Part shown: piece after piece, positions 1-13,981 of the stretch | How the letters are laid out: each line of letters begins with the position of its first letter | How positions within the stretch are numbered: the first letter of the stretch is position 1 | Source: Eledone cirrhosa | Taxonomy: Eukaryota | Direction: 5' to 3' | Assembly: GCA_964016885.1 (NCBI GenBank) | Contig: OZ024741.1 | Span: 12,152,001-12,216,000, forward strand | Length of the DNA stretch: 64,000 nucleotides | Translations under genes and position numbers: made by a program | The notes under the pieces: generated by a model | What the model saw: the letters and a program-made list of their open reading frames with translations, nothing else | Told to the model about the DNA's origin: nothing | Database searches by the model: none

Positions 1-294
1 CGCATCAACACACCAAGTTGAAAAGAGTGTGTATTCAGCTACTGACGTCAGGACGTGACATCAGAATCGACTGCCTCCAAAGTCAAAGCTAGGTGGCGTG
101 ATCTTCTACATGCCCTTCTTTTCTCCTCCACCTCTTTTTTCCATTACTTAATTTTGTTTTATCTTTTTATTTCATATTTCTATGATTGTATAACTTCTGT
201 AAAATATAGTTCACATAATATGTTTATAACAGATAAAATATTTCCACCATTGTATAACTTTTGTAAAATATAGTTGAGAATATATGGAATAAGA

Positions 295-560
295 TATGTC
301 TTCCACAGATGTTTCATTAGGACCATACTAACGATGTTTTGGCGTGACCATATCACATGTTCCACCTGACATGTTCCAGCTGAGAAATCTACAGGATAGC
401 ATCAATGTACGACGTGGAAGATGTTTGGCTGTGTGCTACTCACCTTAACGAAGAGACCAATAAGGGCTTCCCTTAAATGGAAGCAAGAAGGGGAAAGGCA
501 AGTCCGTCAAACCTTGTTGAGTTATGTGGAAAAAGACGTAGTAGATATGAAGCAGCCACA
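295..560 (+). mobile_element. Old RTE-type LINE 3' coding remnant
   Basis: 301-357 translates as FHRCFIRTILTMFWRDHIT, and about 410-515 as RWKMFGCVL...ASLKWKQEGERQ. Both resemble RTE C-terminal motifs (FHRRCLRRIL..SWRDHITN; RWxGHVLR...W.P.GKR). Confidence 0.6.
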
Positions 561-958
561 TGATAGTTCCTTCCCCAACAATCAATTTGTAAGTACAGAA
601 TCCTTCAAACTTCCCACTTAGACATCCCGCCTCTGTGAGGCAATATGTTGAGAGACCCTATTCTCACTACATCATATTAAAAGTAATTATAGGGGTCTCA
701 CTACGGATATAAATAACATACGCACTCATTGAGATAGAAAATCATAGAGAATTGCACTATTTAACCCAACTAGTTTGGGAACTAAGGAACGGTAAAACTG
801 AAGGTGTCCCGCTAACTAGGGATGCTGTGGAAAGAACCACGCTATAGACCAACGATTCTGTAAATAGTAGACTATGCTTCAATGAGAAATTCCAGATCCT
901 GAAATAGTTCTAAATATCACTGAAGATCTGAAATATTTTATTTCTCTCTCGGCGCCAA

Positions 959-960
959 TA

Positions 961-1046
<86 letters not shown>
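959..1046. repeat. (TA)n microsatellite, representative of dozens of (TA)n/(TG)n/(TC)n/(TATG)n tracts across 1-34 kb
   Basis: Seen directly. Other large blocks lie at 6165-6310, 7879-7984, 11910-13050, 14950-16440, 18200-18790 and 31570-31930. Confidence 0.99.
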
Positions 1047-1047
<1 letters not shown>

Positions 1048-1494
1048 TAGCAGCAGTACCCAGCGTTGCCTGGGTAGGTAAAATAATATCTGCTTTGATG
1101 AAAAGGTGTTGATCTTAGCGACTGCTTCTCGATGACTGATCTATGGCCACACACAGGCCATGCGGAGGAGGGTGGTGATGACCTCTATCACTGAGAAACG
1201 CGGGTGACTGACGAAGGGGCATGCTGGGGGAAGGAGGTAATGACCTCTAACACTAAGCCAAATTTCCTCACGCTACTTGATTGGAAACCGATGAATTCTC
1301 AAATACACAACTACAAGCTCAGACGACGTCAGTGGCCATCGTTTTGCCTTTGACCATTACACCAACACATCACCCATCTCCTTCCATTCAAATTAGAAGC
1401 TACATTCTTAGCGAGTATAAATGACAAGTAAGTATGTTTTGAAACAGTGAGCAGGTTTGAAATTAGAAAATAGAATAGCTTTATATATATATAG
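1047..1494 (-). mobile_element. Non-autonomous Helitron (3' end clear, 5' end approximate)
   Basis: The minus strand reads ACCCAGGCAACGCTGGGT (hairpin, 1058-1075), then ACTGCTG, then CTAG|T. This is the canonical Helitron 3' terminus, and it abuts (TA)n. Confidence 0.6.
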
Positions 1495-1944
1495 TATAAA
1501 GAAAACGAAAAATCAGTGATGCATCTGGACTTAATTTATTGCGCGTTACAATTGTTTCGCCGGCAGGTAGCACGAGACATGGTCCTTGTATGGATCTGGC
1601 TGATTCTACTTCTGCAGGTTCTTGAAGACATGGGCATTTCGTTTGGAGCAAATTTTATCACTGGGGTGTTATCATAAAAAAAAACACCCTAAAAAAACCC
1701 TACTTCCACTCTTGTCATGCCATTGGCTGTTTTTACTCCACGTCATCACAAGTTCTGGTCCCTATTTACTGCCGCACAGGTCATCAGCCATTTTCCGTCT
1801 GACACATTTCGATGGTGTCATGTTGGGTTCAGTATCTCACACGTCTGTTCACACTTCAGAGTAAGCACCCACACATACTAATATACACACACATATACAC
1901 ACACATGCAGCGCCTATGGAAGCACCATAGCTACCATTATACAC

Positions 1945-1980
<36 letters not shown>

Positions 1981-1982
<2 letters not shown>

Positions 1983-2280
1983 TATTATATTCTAAGGCGG
2001 GTAAAATTCCAGAGATCCATGGACGAGTTCTCTCCAGCGGTCTGTCCCTCATTATCGCTGCCATGTCCCGCGTCTCCAACAGACCAGTGTCTGTCCTTAG
2101 GGCATCAACATACGTTAACCTTGGTCTTCCTCTTCTAGTGTGTCCATGTAGGGGCTCCCAAAGGAGCACTGAGTGCAATGTCAACTCTGGATGTCGGGGA
2201 GCATGTCCAGCTAACCTCAGTCTCCTCTGTGTCACTTTTGAGCTGACTTTTGGGATGCTCCCATACAGCTCTGAGTTTTA
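1981..2280 (-). pseudogene. RTE ORF C-terminal block and 3' end
   Basis: Translates as NSELYGSIPKVSSKVTQRRLRLAGHAPRHPEL...LLWEPLHGHTRRGRPRLTYVDAL...MRDR, a typical RTE C-terminus. Confidence 0.92.
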
Positions 2281-3041
2281 GATCTTACAGGCTTATGGAA
2301 TCCCCAAGAAGATAGTGGACCTGATATCACTGCTCTACACCAACACCAAAGCCCAAGTCATTACACCTGATGGGATGACAGAGTTCTTTGAGATACTGGC
2401 TGGAGTGCTCCAGGGAGATACATTGGCTTCCTACCTTTTTATCATCGTAGTGGACTATTGTATGCGCCTTGCACTGGAGAAACACCAGAACTCTGGCTTT
2501 ACTGTAGCACCGGCTCAGAGCAGGAGAGTTAGGGCGAAAAAGGTATCGGATGCTGAATTTGCCGACGACATAGTTTTGGTGACAAATACAGTGAAGGAGG
2601 CAGAGGATTTGATGCGGGAGGTTGAGACTGTGTCGATGAGTGTGGGGCTGAGAATGAATGAGACTAAAACAAAATATCTGGTAGAGAATGTTGAGAAGCC
2701 AGAGGGGATCACTAATGTAGGCGGAAAGCCGCTAGAATTGGTTGAGGGCTTCCTGTATTTGGGAGCAAAGATTGGGAATACGGAAGATGATGTGGTTGAG
2801 AGGAAGAGCAAGGCCTCGGCGGCGTGCCACAGCTTGAGATCGGTGTGGAAGTCGGACCTTCGTAGAGACCTGAAAATCCGCCTCTTCATTGCTGAAGTGG
2901 AGTCTGTGCTGCTGTATGGGTCTGAGACTTGGACACTGAACAAGAAACTCACTCAGATGGTGGATGGGTGCTACACGAGAATGCTGAGGATGGCTCTGAA
3001 CATTAATCAGTATACACTGAGGATGAAAAACTCAGAGCTGT
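2281..3041 (+). pseudogene. RTE reverse transcriptase C-terminal half
   Basis: Motifs ILQAYGIP, GVLQGDTLASYLF, FADD (catalytic), FLYLG and VESVLLYGSETW. Confidence 0.95.
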
Positions 3042-3119
3042 TAGGGCTCCATTTATGGGTTAAATAACTACCTTATTCGAGTGGCGCCGGTAAGGTATTG
3101 TCAGCCATTGAAAAGAAAT

Positions 3120-5160
3120 ATGGAGAGTCGATCTAACAGCACTAGGGTTAGAGCCCCTAATTACACTGTCAAGGAGCAGCCTGGTCGTTATGACTCTGCT
3201 GGCTTAGAGCCACAGAGAGGGCCAGTGGATGATGGATCAGCTGTCTCTGAGACAAATATAAAGAATGCAGTTTTGTCCTGCAGAAGAGCCATCAAAATGG
3301 GCACTTTGAATGTGAGGACTATTCGGACGCTGGAGAAGAGAGAGGAGTTGGGACATCTGTTCGAGGAGAGTGGTATACAGATACTTGCGATCCAAGAACA
3401 CAGGATCCTACACGATGAGCCCGTGAGGAGTGTGATGATCGGGAAGAGGAGCCAGCTCATCACTACATCGGCAGTGAAGAACACAACAAATGCTGCAGTA
3501 GGAGGAGTGGGTTTTGTGTTCAGTGCAAAAACCAATCTGTTGGTGAGGGAAATAATGCCTATCTCCCCGCGAGTGTTGAGGGTGACCTTCAATGGAAACC
3601 CAGGACTGACAGTCATCTCAGCCTATAGTCCAACCGATGGGGACAGTGATGTGAGTGCGGAAGAGTTCCATGAGGAGGTGTGTAGAGCTGTCAACACCAC
3701 TCAGGCACACAATATCCTGCTTGTTTTGGGGGACTTCAATGCACATCTGAGTAAGGAGGGCAGTGAAGATCCTTGCTGGTACTTCCATAACAACACCAAC
3801 CGAAATGGAAGACTACTGAGAGACACCCTGCTGGAGGCGAACTTGATGGCGACCAACCTAAGGTTTAGGAAGAATCTGGGGAAGATGTGGACCTACATCT
3901 CAGATATGCACCTGTCCAAGTCCCAGATTGATTTCATTCTGGTGAGGAAAAAGTGGCGGAATAGTGTTCTGAACACAGAACCATACAACTATTTCAGTAC
4001 ACTGGGTAGTGACCACCGGCTTATGAGTGAGGTCCGGGTGAGCTTAAGAAAGACCAAGGCTCGGCCCCGGAGAGCAATCTATGACTGGGGAGCTTTCAAG
4101 GAACATGATAAGCTACAGGAGAGGTTCACAGTGGAAGTGAGAAACAGGTTTAGTGCTCTGTGTGGAGAGTCAGAGGAGAGAGAGATTGGATGGACTGAGG
4201 AGAGTGTGACGAGGAGGTACGGGCACTTCACCAATGCAGTGGCGGAAGCAAGTGAAACCCTGGTGCCGAGGAAAAAGAACAAAGGGAAGCACGTCAGCTC
4301 TGCAAACCCAAAAGTGTGTGCAGCCAGAGAACACCTGAAAGCTGCCAAGGACCAATTGTATGCTGATCCTACGGAGGAGAGGATGGAGACTGTGGAGGTG
4401 ATGAGGGAAGAGCTCTGTACCGCTTACACTGAGGTCAGAGAGGAGGCACTGATAGAGAAGATCAGAAGTGTGGAGAGAGCGGTTGACAGATCTGGATGTA
4501 AGGAGAGCTGGATGATCATCAACGAGATCACAGGGAGGAAGAGAAGGTGTTCGAGTCAGATCCAGGGAATGGGGCCCGAGGATAGGAAGAGGAAATGGCT
4601 AGACCATTTTAGGACCCTACTAGGAGAGCCACCATCCACAGCCCAGAGCACTGGGGAGATCAGGCGGCTGTTTGAGGAACTGGATGTTGAGACAGAGCCC
4701 TTCACCAAAGAGGAGCTTCAGAGAGCCAAGAAGAAGATCAAGGAGGGCAAGGCTCATGGAGAAGATGGAGTGGCATCAGAGGTGATGAAGAGGTGTGATT
4801 TTGATGATATCATCCTGGGGTTCTGTAACGGGGCACTGGAGAAAGGAGTTGCCCCGAATCAGTGGAGGATCAGTAACATCGTCCCAGTGCCAAAGAAGGG
4901 GGATCTCTCTAACACCAACAACTACAGGGGGATCTCACTGACGTCACTTGTGGCAAAGACCCTCAACAGGATGATTCTTAACAGGATCCAGCCTGAGATG
5001 GAGAAGAAGGTCAGGGACAACCAGAACAACTTCAGAGAGGGTAGATCAACCACCAGTCACATCCTGATGCTGAGGAGGATATTAGAGGGAGCTAGAGCAA
5101 AGTGCCTTCCTGCGGTCATGGTTTTCATTGACTTTAGGAAGGCCTTTGATTCTGTGGACT
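3120..5160 (+). pseudogene. RTE AP-endonuclease + RT N-terminal half (open frame, truncated after DFRKAFDSVD)
   Basis: APE motifs GTLNVRT, LAIQEHR, LGDFNAH, IDFIL and SDH. RT motifs VPVPKKGD, NYRGISL, QNNFREGRST and FIDFRKAFDSV. Confidence 0.95.
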
Positions 5161-5171
5161 GTTACTGCCTG

Positions 5172-5206
<35 letters not shown>

Positions 5207-5256
5207 ATATTCAAAATATTAATAAATGAGAAATACTTTCACATAACCAAAGTTTA

Positions 5257-5320
5257 TATTTTATTATATATATTTCAAGCGTACAGTAGTTTTTGAGTAC
5301 GCTTTCATCAGATAAAACAC
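5257..5320 (-). ncRNA. Minimal type I hammerhead ribozyme motif in a Penelope-like pLTR remnant
   Basis: GTGTTTTAT-CTGATGA-AAGCGTAC(loop)GTACGCTT-GAAA-TATAT-ATA-ATAAAATAT. Stems I and II pair and the core is intact. Confidence 0.75.
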
Positions 5321-5499
5321 AAGAAATTGATTATTCGACATACCGCTATGGTCTTGATCTTTGAATCCCTATAGTGGCAGTATATATGTGTATGTGTGTG
5401 TGTGTGTGTGTATGTGTGTGTGTGTTTATCTCGGCTTCAATCGGGGGTAATCACAGTAATATGTATATTACTTAAGTTCACAGATATCACAGACTTGTT

Positions 5500-5730
5500 T
5501 CCCCTCTTCCTCTCTTTCCGTTGCATTACCTTCTCTGTTTGTTTACATGTTACCCTCGCTTCACCCTATTTTACGTGTCCCAATAACTTTTTTTAGTTAT
5601 TGCTCGCACCAGCCAGAGGTATATGATATTTAATGCGAAGAAATACCAACGACGGCTGGAAGATCACTGATGACGGTCTTCTCGCTCTAATTTTATTCAT
5701 ATGTATCGCATTTGCAACAACGCAGCACGC
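5500..5730 (+). repeat. Unclassified dispersed repeat, copy 1
   Basis: Homologous to the reverse complement of 18968-19175 (shared TTTACGTGTCCCAA, TTGCTCGCACC, GAGGTATATG, TGGAAGATCACTGATGA, CATTTGCAAC). Confidence 0.75.
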
Positions 5731-5792
5731 CATTTTTCATTTTTATATATATATATAAGTATAAAGGATGATGTGCTCAAACAAGGAGATCC

Positions 5793-5849
<57 letters not shown>

Positions 5850-6162
5850 CCTGTGTATGCGTGTATATGCGTGCGTTTGTGTGTGTGGTGTAAGTGTGTG
5901 TGTATGTGAATGTGTATGTGTATCTTTTCTTATTTGTCTTAACATTCTTGTTGTGAGATTTACATAACTTTCAACATGAAAGTAACACATCTACTTATGT
6001 CTGTCAACATATATTAAAGAGGAAATATGAAACTAGAAAAAATGTTTCACTATATTTCCCCACTTCTATTTGACGTTATATTGAACTTATAGAGATTTTG
6101 GGACTCTCTTTTTACATCACCATCTTCTCACTTCTCTTTCTATCTTACCCTCTCTACAATAA

Positions 6163-6244
<82 letters not shown>

Positions 6245-6268
6245 ATGTGTGTGTGTGTGTGTGTGTAT

Positions 6269-6310
<42 letters not shown>

Positions 6311-6311
<1 letters not shown>

Positions 6312-7289
6312 TAGCATTAAAGCCCGGCGTTGCTCAGGGTCAGTAAGTTACCAAAGTTAGGTTGCACCACCCATTTTATAGCAGCACTTTTTTGTCTGCC
6401 AGGCACTGGGTGAATGAATTGCAGACCTGGACTGCCGAAGCAGGAGCTGCGCCAGCAGTGACAATTGTAGTTTCGCCTATGGATATTATCTCTGTGCAAA
6501 GAAGTGTTGAAATTTATTGTTTCACAGTACTTGCGCAACACTCGCGTAGACGATGCCAGCCGAACAACAGAGCTGCGATGGAGTTGTTCTGCATGGTTGT
6601 CTAATGTGTGTTTTCTAAATTTAAGACAGTAGGGAGGGGTGTGATATGGGGGAGAGTTAGCTTCTGTTTCTAGCAGGTTTAGTGACATCATAGAGGATAT
6701 GTTTTCTAAATTTAAGTCAGTAGGGAGTGGTGTGATATGGGGGAGAGTTAGCTGCTGTTTCTAGCAGGTTTAGTAACCACATAGAGGATATTACTGTGTA
6801 TAGTAAATGAACTGATACTTCTTTCTTCCACGTTCGTTGATAGATGTTTTAAAAAAGATTTATCGCTATTTTTTTTGTTGTTGAATAAATTTATCTGTTG
6901 CTTTTGAATATGGGGGAGAGTTAGCTGCTGTTTCTAGCAGATTTAGTGACCTCATAGAGGATATGTTTCCTGAATTTATGACAGTAGGCAGTGGTGTGAT
7001 ATGGAGGAGAGTTAGCTGCTGTTTCTAGCAGGTTTAGTGACCTCATAGAGGATATTATTGTGTATAGTAAATGAACTGATACTTCTTTCTTCCGCGTTCG
7101 TTGATAGATGTTTTAAAAAAGATTTATCGCTATTTTTGTTGTTGTTGTTGAATAAATTTATCTGTTGCTTTTGAGTAATTGTTGTTTCGTATGAAATGTA
7201 ATAAGTTATCTTTGTCATTGAAGTAAATAAATATTTGACCGTTCCACACTCAAAAACAAACGTTCTCTCTCTCTCTCTCTGTCCCTTTC

Positions 7290-7324
<35 letters not shown>

Positions 7325-7329
7325 TTCAG

Positions 7330-7374
<45 letters not shown>

Positions 7375-7622
7375 GTTTAAGGGGAGTAGAGAGAGGTATT
7401 CAGATTCTATTAGAGGGGTAAAGCGTCATGTATTTAGTTTTATCGATTATTTCCGTAATTGTGGGTGAGTGTGAATGAAATAAATAGTCGTTGGCTTAAG
7501 TTAGACCATTTACAACACTCTTACAGACGTTGAGTCGAATCGGTTTGAAATTGTGCAATCGTATAAACATGGAACATGCACACACACACACAACAACAAC
7601 TATCTGCCTTTTATAGATAATG

Positions 7623-7623
<1 letters not shown>
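6311..7623 (-). mobile_element. Non-autonomous Helitron with internal ~92-bp tandem repeats
   Basis: The minus strand starts A|TCATTATCTATAAAAGG and ends with the hairpin CCCTGAGCAACGCCGGG, then CTTTAATG, then CTAG|T. Internal repeats lie at about 6610-7170. (TA)n on both flanks. Confidence 0.75.
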
Positions 7624-7665
<42 letters not shown>

Positions 7666-7667
7666 TA

Positions 7668-8585
<918 letters not shown>

Positions 8586-8600
8586 CACACACACATATAC

Positions 8601-8671
<71 letters not shown>

Positions 8672-8752
8672 CGTCTTCACATATATATATATATAAATGT
8701 GAAGACGTCTTTGTCTATGGTGATACTTTAAGTTTTGTTTCTATGGTGATAC

Positions 8753-11560
8753 TTAAGTATCACCATAGACAAAAACACTAAAAATGTTAACTTCCTTGAT
8801 GCTACCCTTTACCTAGACTCTAAAATATATACACCATTCCATAAACCTAACGAAAAACTAATTTATGTAGATACCAAGTCTAACCACCCTAAATCCATAT
8901 TAAACTCAATCACTAAAGGAATATCTAATAGAATCTCTAATCTATCTTATAACGAAACCATATTTAACAATAATTCACAATACTATAATCAGGCACTAGC
9001 TAAATCAGGTCATAATAATGGGATTGAATTCCTACCTATAAAATCACATAGTTACAGCATTATTTCTCACAATATGGCCATGGGGAAAAATAATAATAAG
9101 AATAATAGCCACCCTTACTCTAATACGAAGGGTAGTATCAAACTTAACTAGCACCAAAGTAGACACCAAAATATTATAAACAGAAATACCTCAATAGATA
9201 TAAAAAACAAAAATAGAAGAAGAACTAATACTTTTTCAATCTAAACATCTCAACAAACTTACCTAAGGCTTTCTTCTCAATCCTAGAAAAAAACTTCCCA
9301 TCTGGCCACAAGTACCATAATCTTATAAATAAAAACACCATTAAAATCTCTTACTCTACCACACCTAACATAGCATACCATATAGCTAGTAGTAATAAAA
9401 GAAAGATTAATACTTATTTTCAACAAATTAAAACACAGCAGGAGGTAAACTTTCAGAACAACATAATAACTACAAACCCTAATAGCAATAGTAATAATAG
9501 TAATAACACTAATGAAATCAATAACGTTAGGAACGACAACCATCATAGCCCTAATACTATCCCTAGCAACCAGACTTCTACACAACATAATAACCGACAA
9601 AATAACATCCAAAATAAATGTAACTGTAGATCAAATAGAACCTGCCCTTTAGGTAACAACTGCTTAATCAAGGACATCATTTACTCCTGCACGGTCAACA
9701 CTAACAACTCTTCTAAAACATATATAGGGTCTACTTCGAACTGCTTCAAGACGAGATACAACTCTCACCTCCACTCTTTCAAAAAAACACAATCTAACCA
9801 ACTATTTAGCTACATACACTATCTGAAAACTAGGAATAGACCATATACACTTCAATGGGAAGTAGTAGGTAGGGCTGCATCGTATAAACCACCTAATAAA
9901 TGTTGTAACCTCTGCCTCCTAGAAACCCATACTATAATCTTTTCGAATATTAACCTCCTAAATAAAAAATAGGAAGTGTTTGCATCGTACCAGCACCGCT
10001 TCCGACACTCATTCCAAAACTTTAAACCTAGTATATAACAATGTCAGATTTGAACTCATCACCACCATTAGCACTTCACCTCTAAGACTTACCTTCCACC
10101 GCTGCATCACACTCTTTGATCCACCCTTTCCTCTACACAAATCATTTTTATCTATAACTTTATACTCTAGAAATATTCTTATAGTCACAGTCACCACCTT
10201 TTAATATAATTACTTTATATTACTTATAATTATATAGTGATTGAAATATAATACAATATATATAAACTTTAAATATTAAATGTAACAATGAATTATATAT
10301 ACATTTATAATTAAATGTATAAATTAATAACATTGTATATAAAGGATTAATTTATTAACATAAGGGATTTATCTAACTTAAATGTAATATGGAACAATGA
10401 ATTATATATACATTTATAATTAGATGTATAAATTAATAACATTGTATATAAAGGATTAATTTATTTACTCAAGAGATGTATCTAATTTATCATGCAAACA
10501 GCTATACGTTATTCCATGTCTTACCAAATATTAGGTAGACAACAATCTAATGAAACCTTTAATACATTATGAGAGAGTAGACTGTATTTCAAATTACATA
10601 TAAATATATAACTTTTTATATAAGGGATTCAATTGAGGCACTATATAATGTCTATTAGAGCAAGGAATTTAATTATTATAATGAGCTAGTTACCTCCCCT
10701 TACGCATTAGCTCCCCTTAATTCCATATCCACTTCCGGATATTAAACCGTTGAAAATTCTCGCAATAAACAACTTTAATCCATAAATATGGATTAAATAA
10801 CACTAAGTTACAATCCATTACTATAACAAACATTCAATACAAATATATCTTAACTTATGTAATGGATGTGAAATCTGTAACTTTCATATTCTACACACAT
10901 ACAAATTTGAACTATACAGAAACTATCCTCGCATTGCACCCACCATAATACATATTCGCTTAAAGTGCTTGCATTTTATGTAATACCCTGCCATACAGTA
11001 CTCATATATGCATGATACTTTTGCTTGTTCCATTCCTTTATATATGACTAACGCATGTACTATCTCTCTAATTTAATTATTAGACTATTCTCTTGTATTA
11101 TCTGTATTAACTGACGCATGTATTCCACCCTAAGCTTTTAATTTTAATTTTAATTTTAATTTTAATCTTAATTTGCATTATTGTACAATTCTCGTATAAT
11201 ATAATATATGTCGCATCCATTCCACACTGTAAACATGAAACTGTTGTCCACAACATCAATATATATGTATCTGTATGATTCTTCAGTTGAATAGGAGGTT
11301 AACTATATGTACATACATTGATAATGCTCCGAGGACTTCAAGCCTAAGTTTGGAAGAAACAATTGTCAGCGATTAAATGTTTTAACATAGCTTTGATTCT
11401 TGTGAATTCAATATTACTGCTCTGTAAAACAACTGATGTTCTTACATTGAGCTATTTCTCTTACTGGTAATAAGGTAGTAATAAATTACTGACCTTCCCT
11501 GTTTATAGTTGTTTATAGTATAGTATATACATACGTAACTATAAATAGTATCTTTAATAT
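8753..11560 (+). mobile_element. Decayed 5'-truncated Naiad-type Penelope-like element with long AT-rich 3' region
   Basis: Translates as LSITIDKNTKNVNFLDATL...PFHKPNEKLIYVDTKSNHP...ISNRISNLS...YYNQALAKSG; CNCRSNRTCPLGNNCL...IIY...YIGST..FKTRYNSH; CNLCLLE...LLNK. Homologous to ORF 21047-22837 but has stops and frameshifts. A short tandem duplication lies at about 10280-10465. Confidence 0.88.
11322..11375 (+). ncRNA. Degenerate hammerhead motif at the 3' end of the Naiad-type element
   Basis: TAATGCT-CCGAGGA (U4>C)-CTTCAAG...TTTGGAA-GAAA-CAATTG-TC-AGCGATTA. Confidence 0.6.
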
Positions 11561-11579
11561 TATATATATATATATATAT

Positions 11580-11936
11580 AATTGTTCTTTGTGTACCACA
11601 GAAAAGTATAGGATTTTGCTAAACTTGAGAGACACTTCCGCTTGCCTTAATTCAAAGACTGAGATCTTCAGATGCTGTCCTCATCTGAGACCGCACCTGA
11701 TCTGTAACTGGATTGACACTCCTATGAGAAATCAACCGCCTTCTCCCGCTCTTTACTTCTGCTACGGTTTTTATTTTACTGTTTCTACGTTCTGTACTCT
11801 TGTATACCTACATTTATTATATATTTTTTTCTCCCCTACCTCCCCTTATATTTTACCTTCTCCTATGCGGCCCCCACATATATTCTTTTTGCCTTGCCCT
11901 CCACATACCTATGTGTATGTGTGTGTATATTTGTGT

Positions 11937-11996
<60 letters not shown>

Positions 11997-12235
11997 ATAT
12001 ATATATAGATATGTGTGTGTATGTGTGTATGTATATATCTTTATACGTATCTGTGTGTGTGCCTGTGTGTATGTATTTATATATGTATGTATTTGTGTGT
12101 GTGTGTATATATGTGTATGTGTGGATAAGCCAGGTTTCTCTCATCCTGAAGATTGTAGGAAACATTTTTTTGCTTTTAAGAAACCCTTGGTAAATGGAAT
12201 AATTGCCTTATATTGCTTTAATACTTTACTACTAT
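11580..12235 (+). mobile_element. Short 3' fragment of another Naiad-type PLE
   Basis: CSLCTTEKYRILLNLRDTSACLNSKTEIFRCCPH matches the CxLCxxEK...LN...E....CxH end motif. A degenerate hammerhead lies at 12140-12198. Confidence 0.78.
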
Positions 12236-12367
12236 ATATACGGTTATGTAAGGTCCTTATGGTTTATCTAAGATTGAGTTTTACATACACACACGCATAT
12301 ACGTGTGTGTATGCGTATGCATGTGTGTGCGCGTGGTTGTGTATGTGTGTATATGTGTATATGCATG

Positions 12368-12408
<41 letters not shown>

Positions 12409-12939
12409 ATGTATATATGTGTGTGTGTGTATATATGTGTGTGTGTACATATGTGCGTGTGTATATATTGATAATTGTATATGTGTGTGTGTGTGTGGGT
12501 GTGTATATGTGTGTGTGTGTGTGTGTGTTTGTGTTCTGTTGTGCGTGTTTATGATATATACGTATTTGTATGTGTATAATTGTTTAGCTATGTATGTATA
12601 TGTATATGTGTGTGTATGTGTACGTGTGTGTATATATATATATGTGTCTGTGTACGTTTGTATTTATGTAATTATATGTGTGCTTATGTATGCATATATG
12701 TGTGTGTGTGCATATAGTTGTATACACATGTGTGTGTGTGTATAGATTGTACACTTGTGCGTGGTTATGCATGTATGCGTATGTATGCGGTTATGTATTT
12801 GTATTTGAAAGATTTTTTTATGTGTGAGAGTGTGTGAATGCGTTGACTATTTCGTGCGTATGTATATGTGCTTTTGTGTGTGTGTATGTGTGTGTATATA
12901 TGCATGTGTGTGTATGTGTGTGTGTGTATGTGTGTGTGT

Positions 12940-12980
<41 letters not shown>

Positions 12981-12998
12981 CGTGTGTGTGTGTAGATA

Positions 12999-13050
<52 letters not shown>

Positions 13051-13461
13051 AATGTTTGTATATGTTTGTTCTTAGAGGAACAAAGCCAGACAGATTTCTG
13101 TATTCAGATTGGAGCCAATCCTTATCATTGGCACCCTCTTTAGCTTACAGGTGTCTGTAAGATCAGTATGGGGTCAGTCATGGTAGATAGATTTGGAGGA
13201 AGGGGAGATTCCTTAAAAGCTAAATTCTTAAAGGTTCTAGTATATTGACCAAGGTTTAGGGAATTCTGTGGACAATTTCTAAGTGTAATCTATACAACTG
13301 TAGCCATAAATTCACGAGACACTTTCAACAGAACATACCCTGCGCGTATGCGCGCATGCACGCACACACATGTGTATGGGGGAAATATATTTATATTTGT
13401 ATACGCGTGCGTGCGTGCGCGCATACACATGCGTGTGTGTGTGTGTGTGTGTGTGTGCGTG

Positions 13462-13545
<84 letters not shown>

Positions 13546-13684
13546 TTTTCGTGTATGTGTGGTTGTATGGGTAGTCTTATTTTGTTTTTATTTTTTCCTT
13601 TCCTTCTTCCTTCTCCAGCCTCACTTTCATTTAGCTTGCTTTTTGGGTTTTTAAGATCCAAATTCAATAAACAAACCAGGATTT

Positions 13685-13744
13685 TTTCGTTCTGAGGATT
13701 GAAAGCTAAACCTTTTGCTTTTAAGAAACCACTGGTAAATGGAA
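13685..13744 (+). ncRNA. Hammerhead motif in a pLTR remnant (same family as 12140-12198)
   Basis: TTCGTT-CTGAGGA-TTGAAAGC(loop)GCTTTTAA-GAAA-CCACTGG-TA-AATGGA. Confidence 0.72.
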
Positions 13745-13910
13745 TAATTGCCTTATGTTGTTTATTACATAATAATATATATATATATATATATATAGTC
13801 TTAAACCAACGTGGTCTTACTACCCATGTAATTCTAAACACACCATTTACTGTGTTTATTCCTTTAAATGCTCAGTATTTTTACTTTGAGCTTAATTATG
13901 ACAGGATACT

Positions 13911-13981
<71 letters not shown>

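Larger units (their letters stand above)
1981..5160. mobile_element. Nearly complete RTE-clade LINE, rearranged into three blocks
   Basis: APE + RT N-half at 3042-5160 (+), RT C-half at 2281-3041 (+), C-terminus and 3' end at 1981-2280 (-). Flanked by (TA)n on both sides. Confidence 0.93.

Noticed and set aside
795-940. CTGAAGG...GAAA and CTGAAGA-TCT-GAAA as hammerheads
   Set aside because: The core or stems are incomplete. At best these are very decayed.
2063-4355. Alternative-frame and antisense ORFs over the RTE
   Set aside because: Shadow ORFs of the retrotransposon coding sequence.
5636-5690. Hammerhead from GAAA...CTGATGA (also about 19010-19050)
   Set aside because: No UH site or stems consistent with any hammerhead topology.
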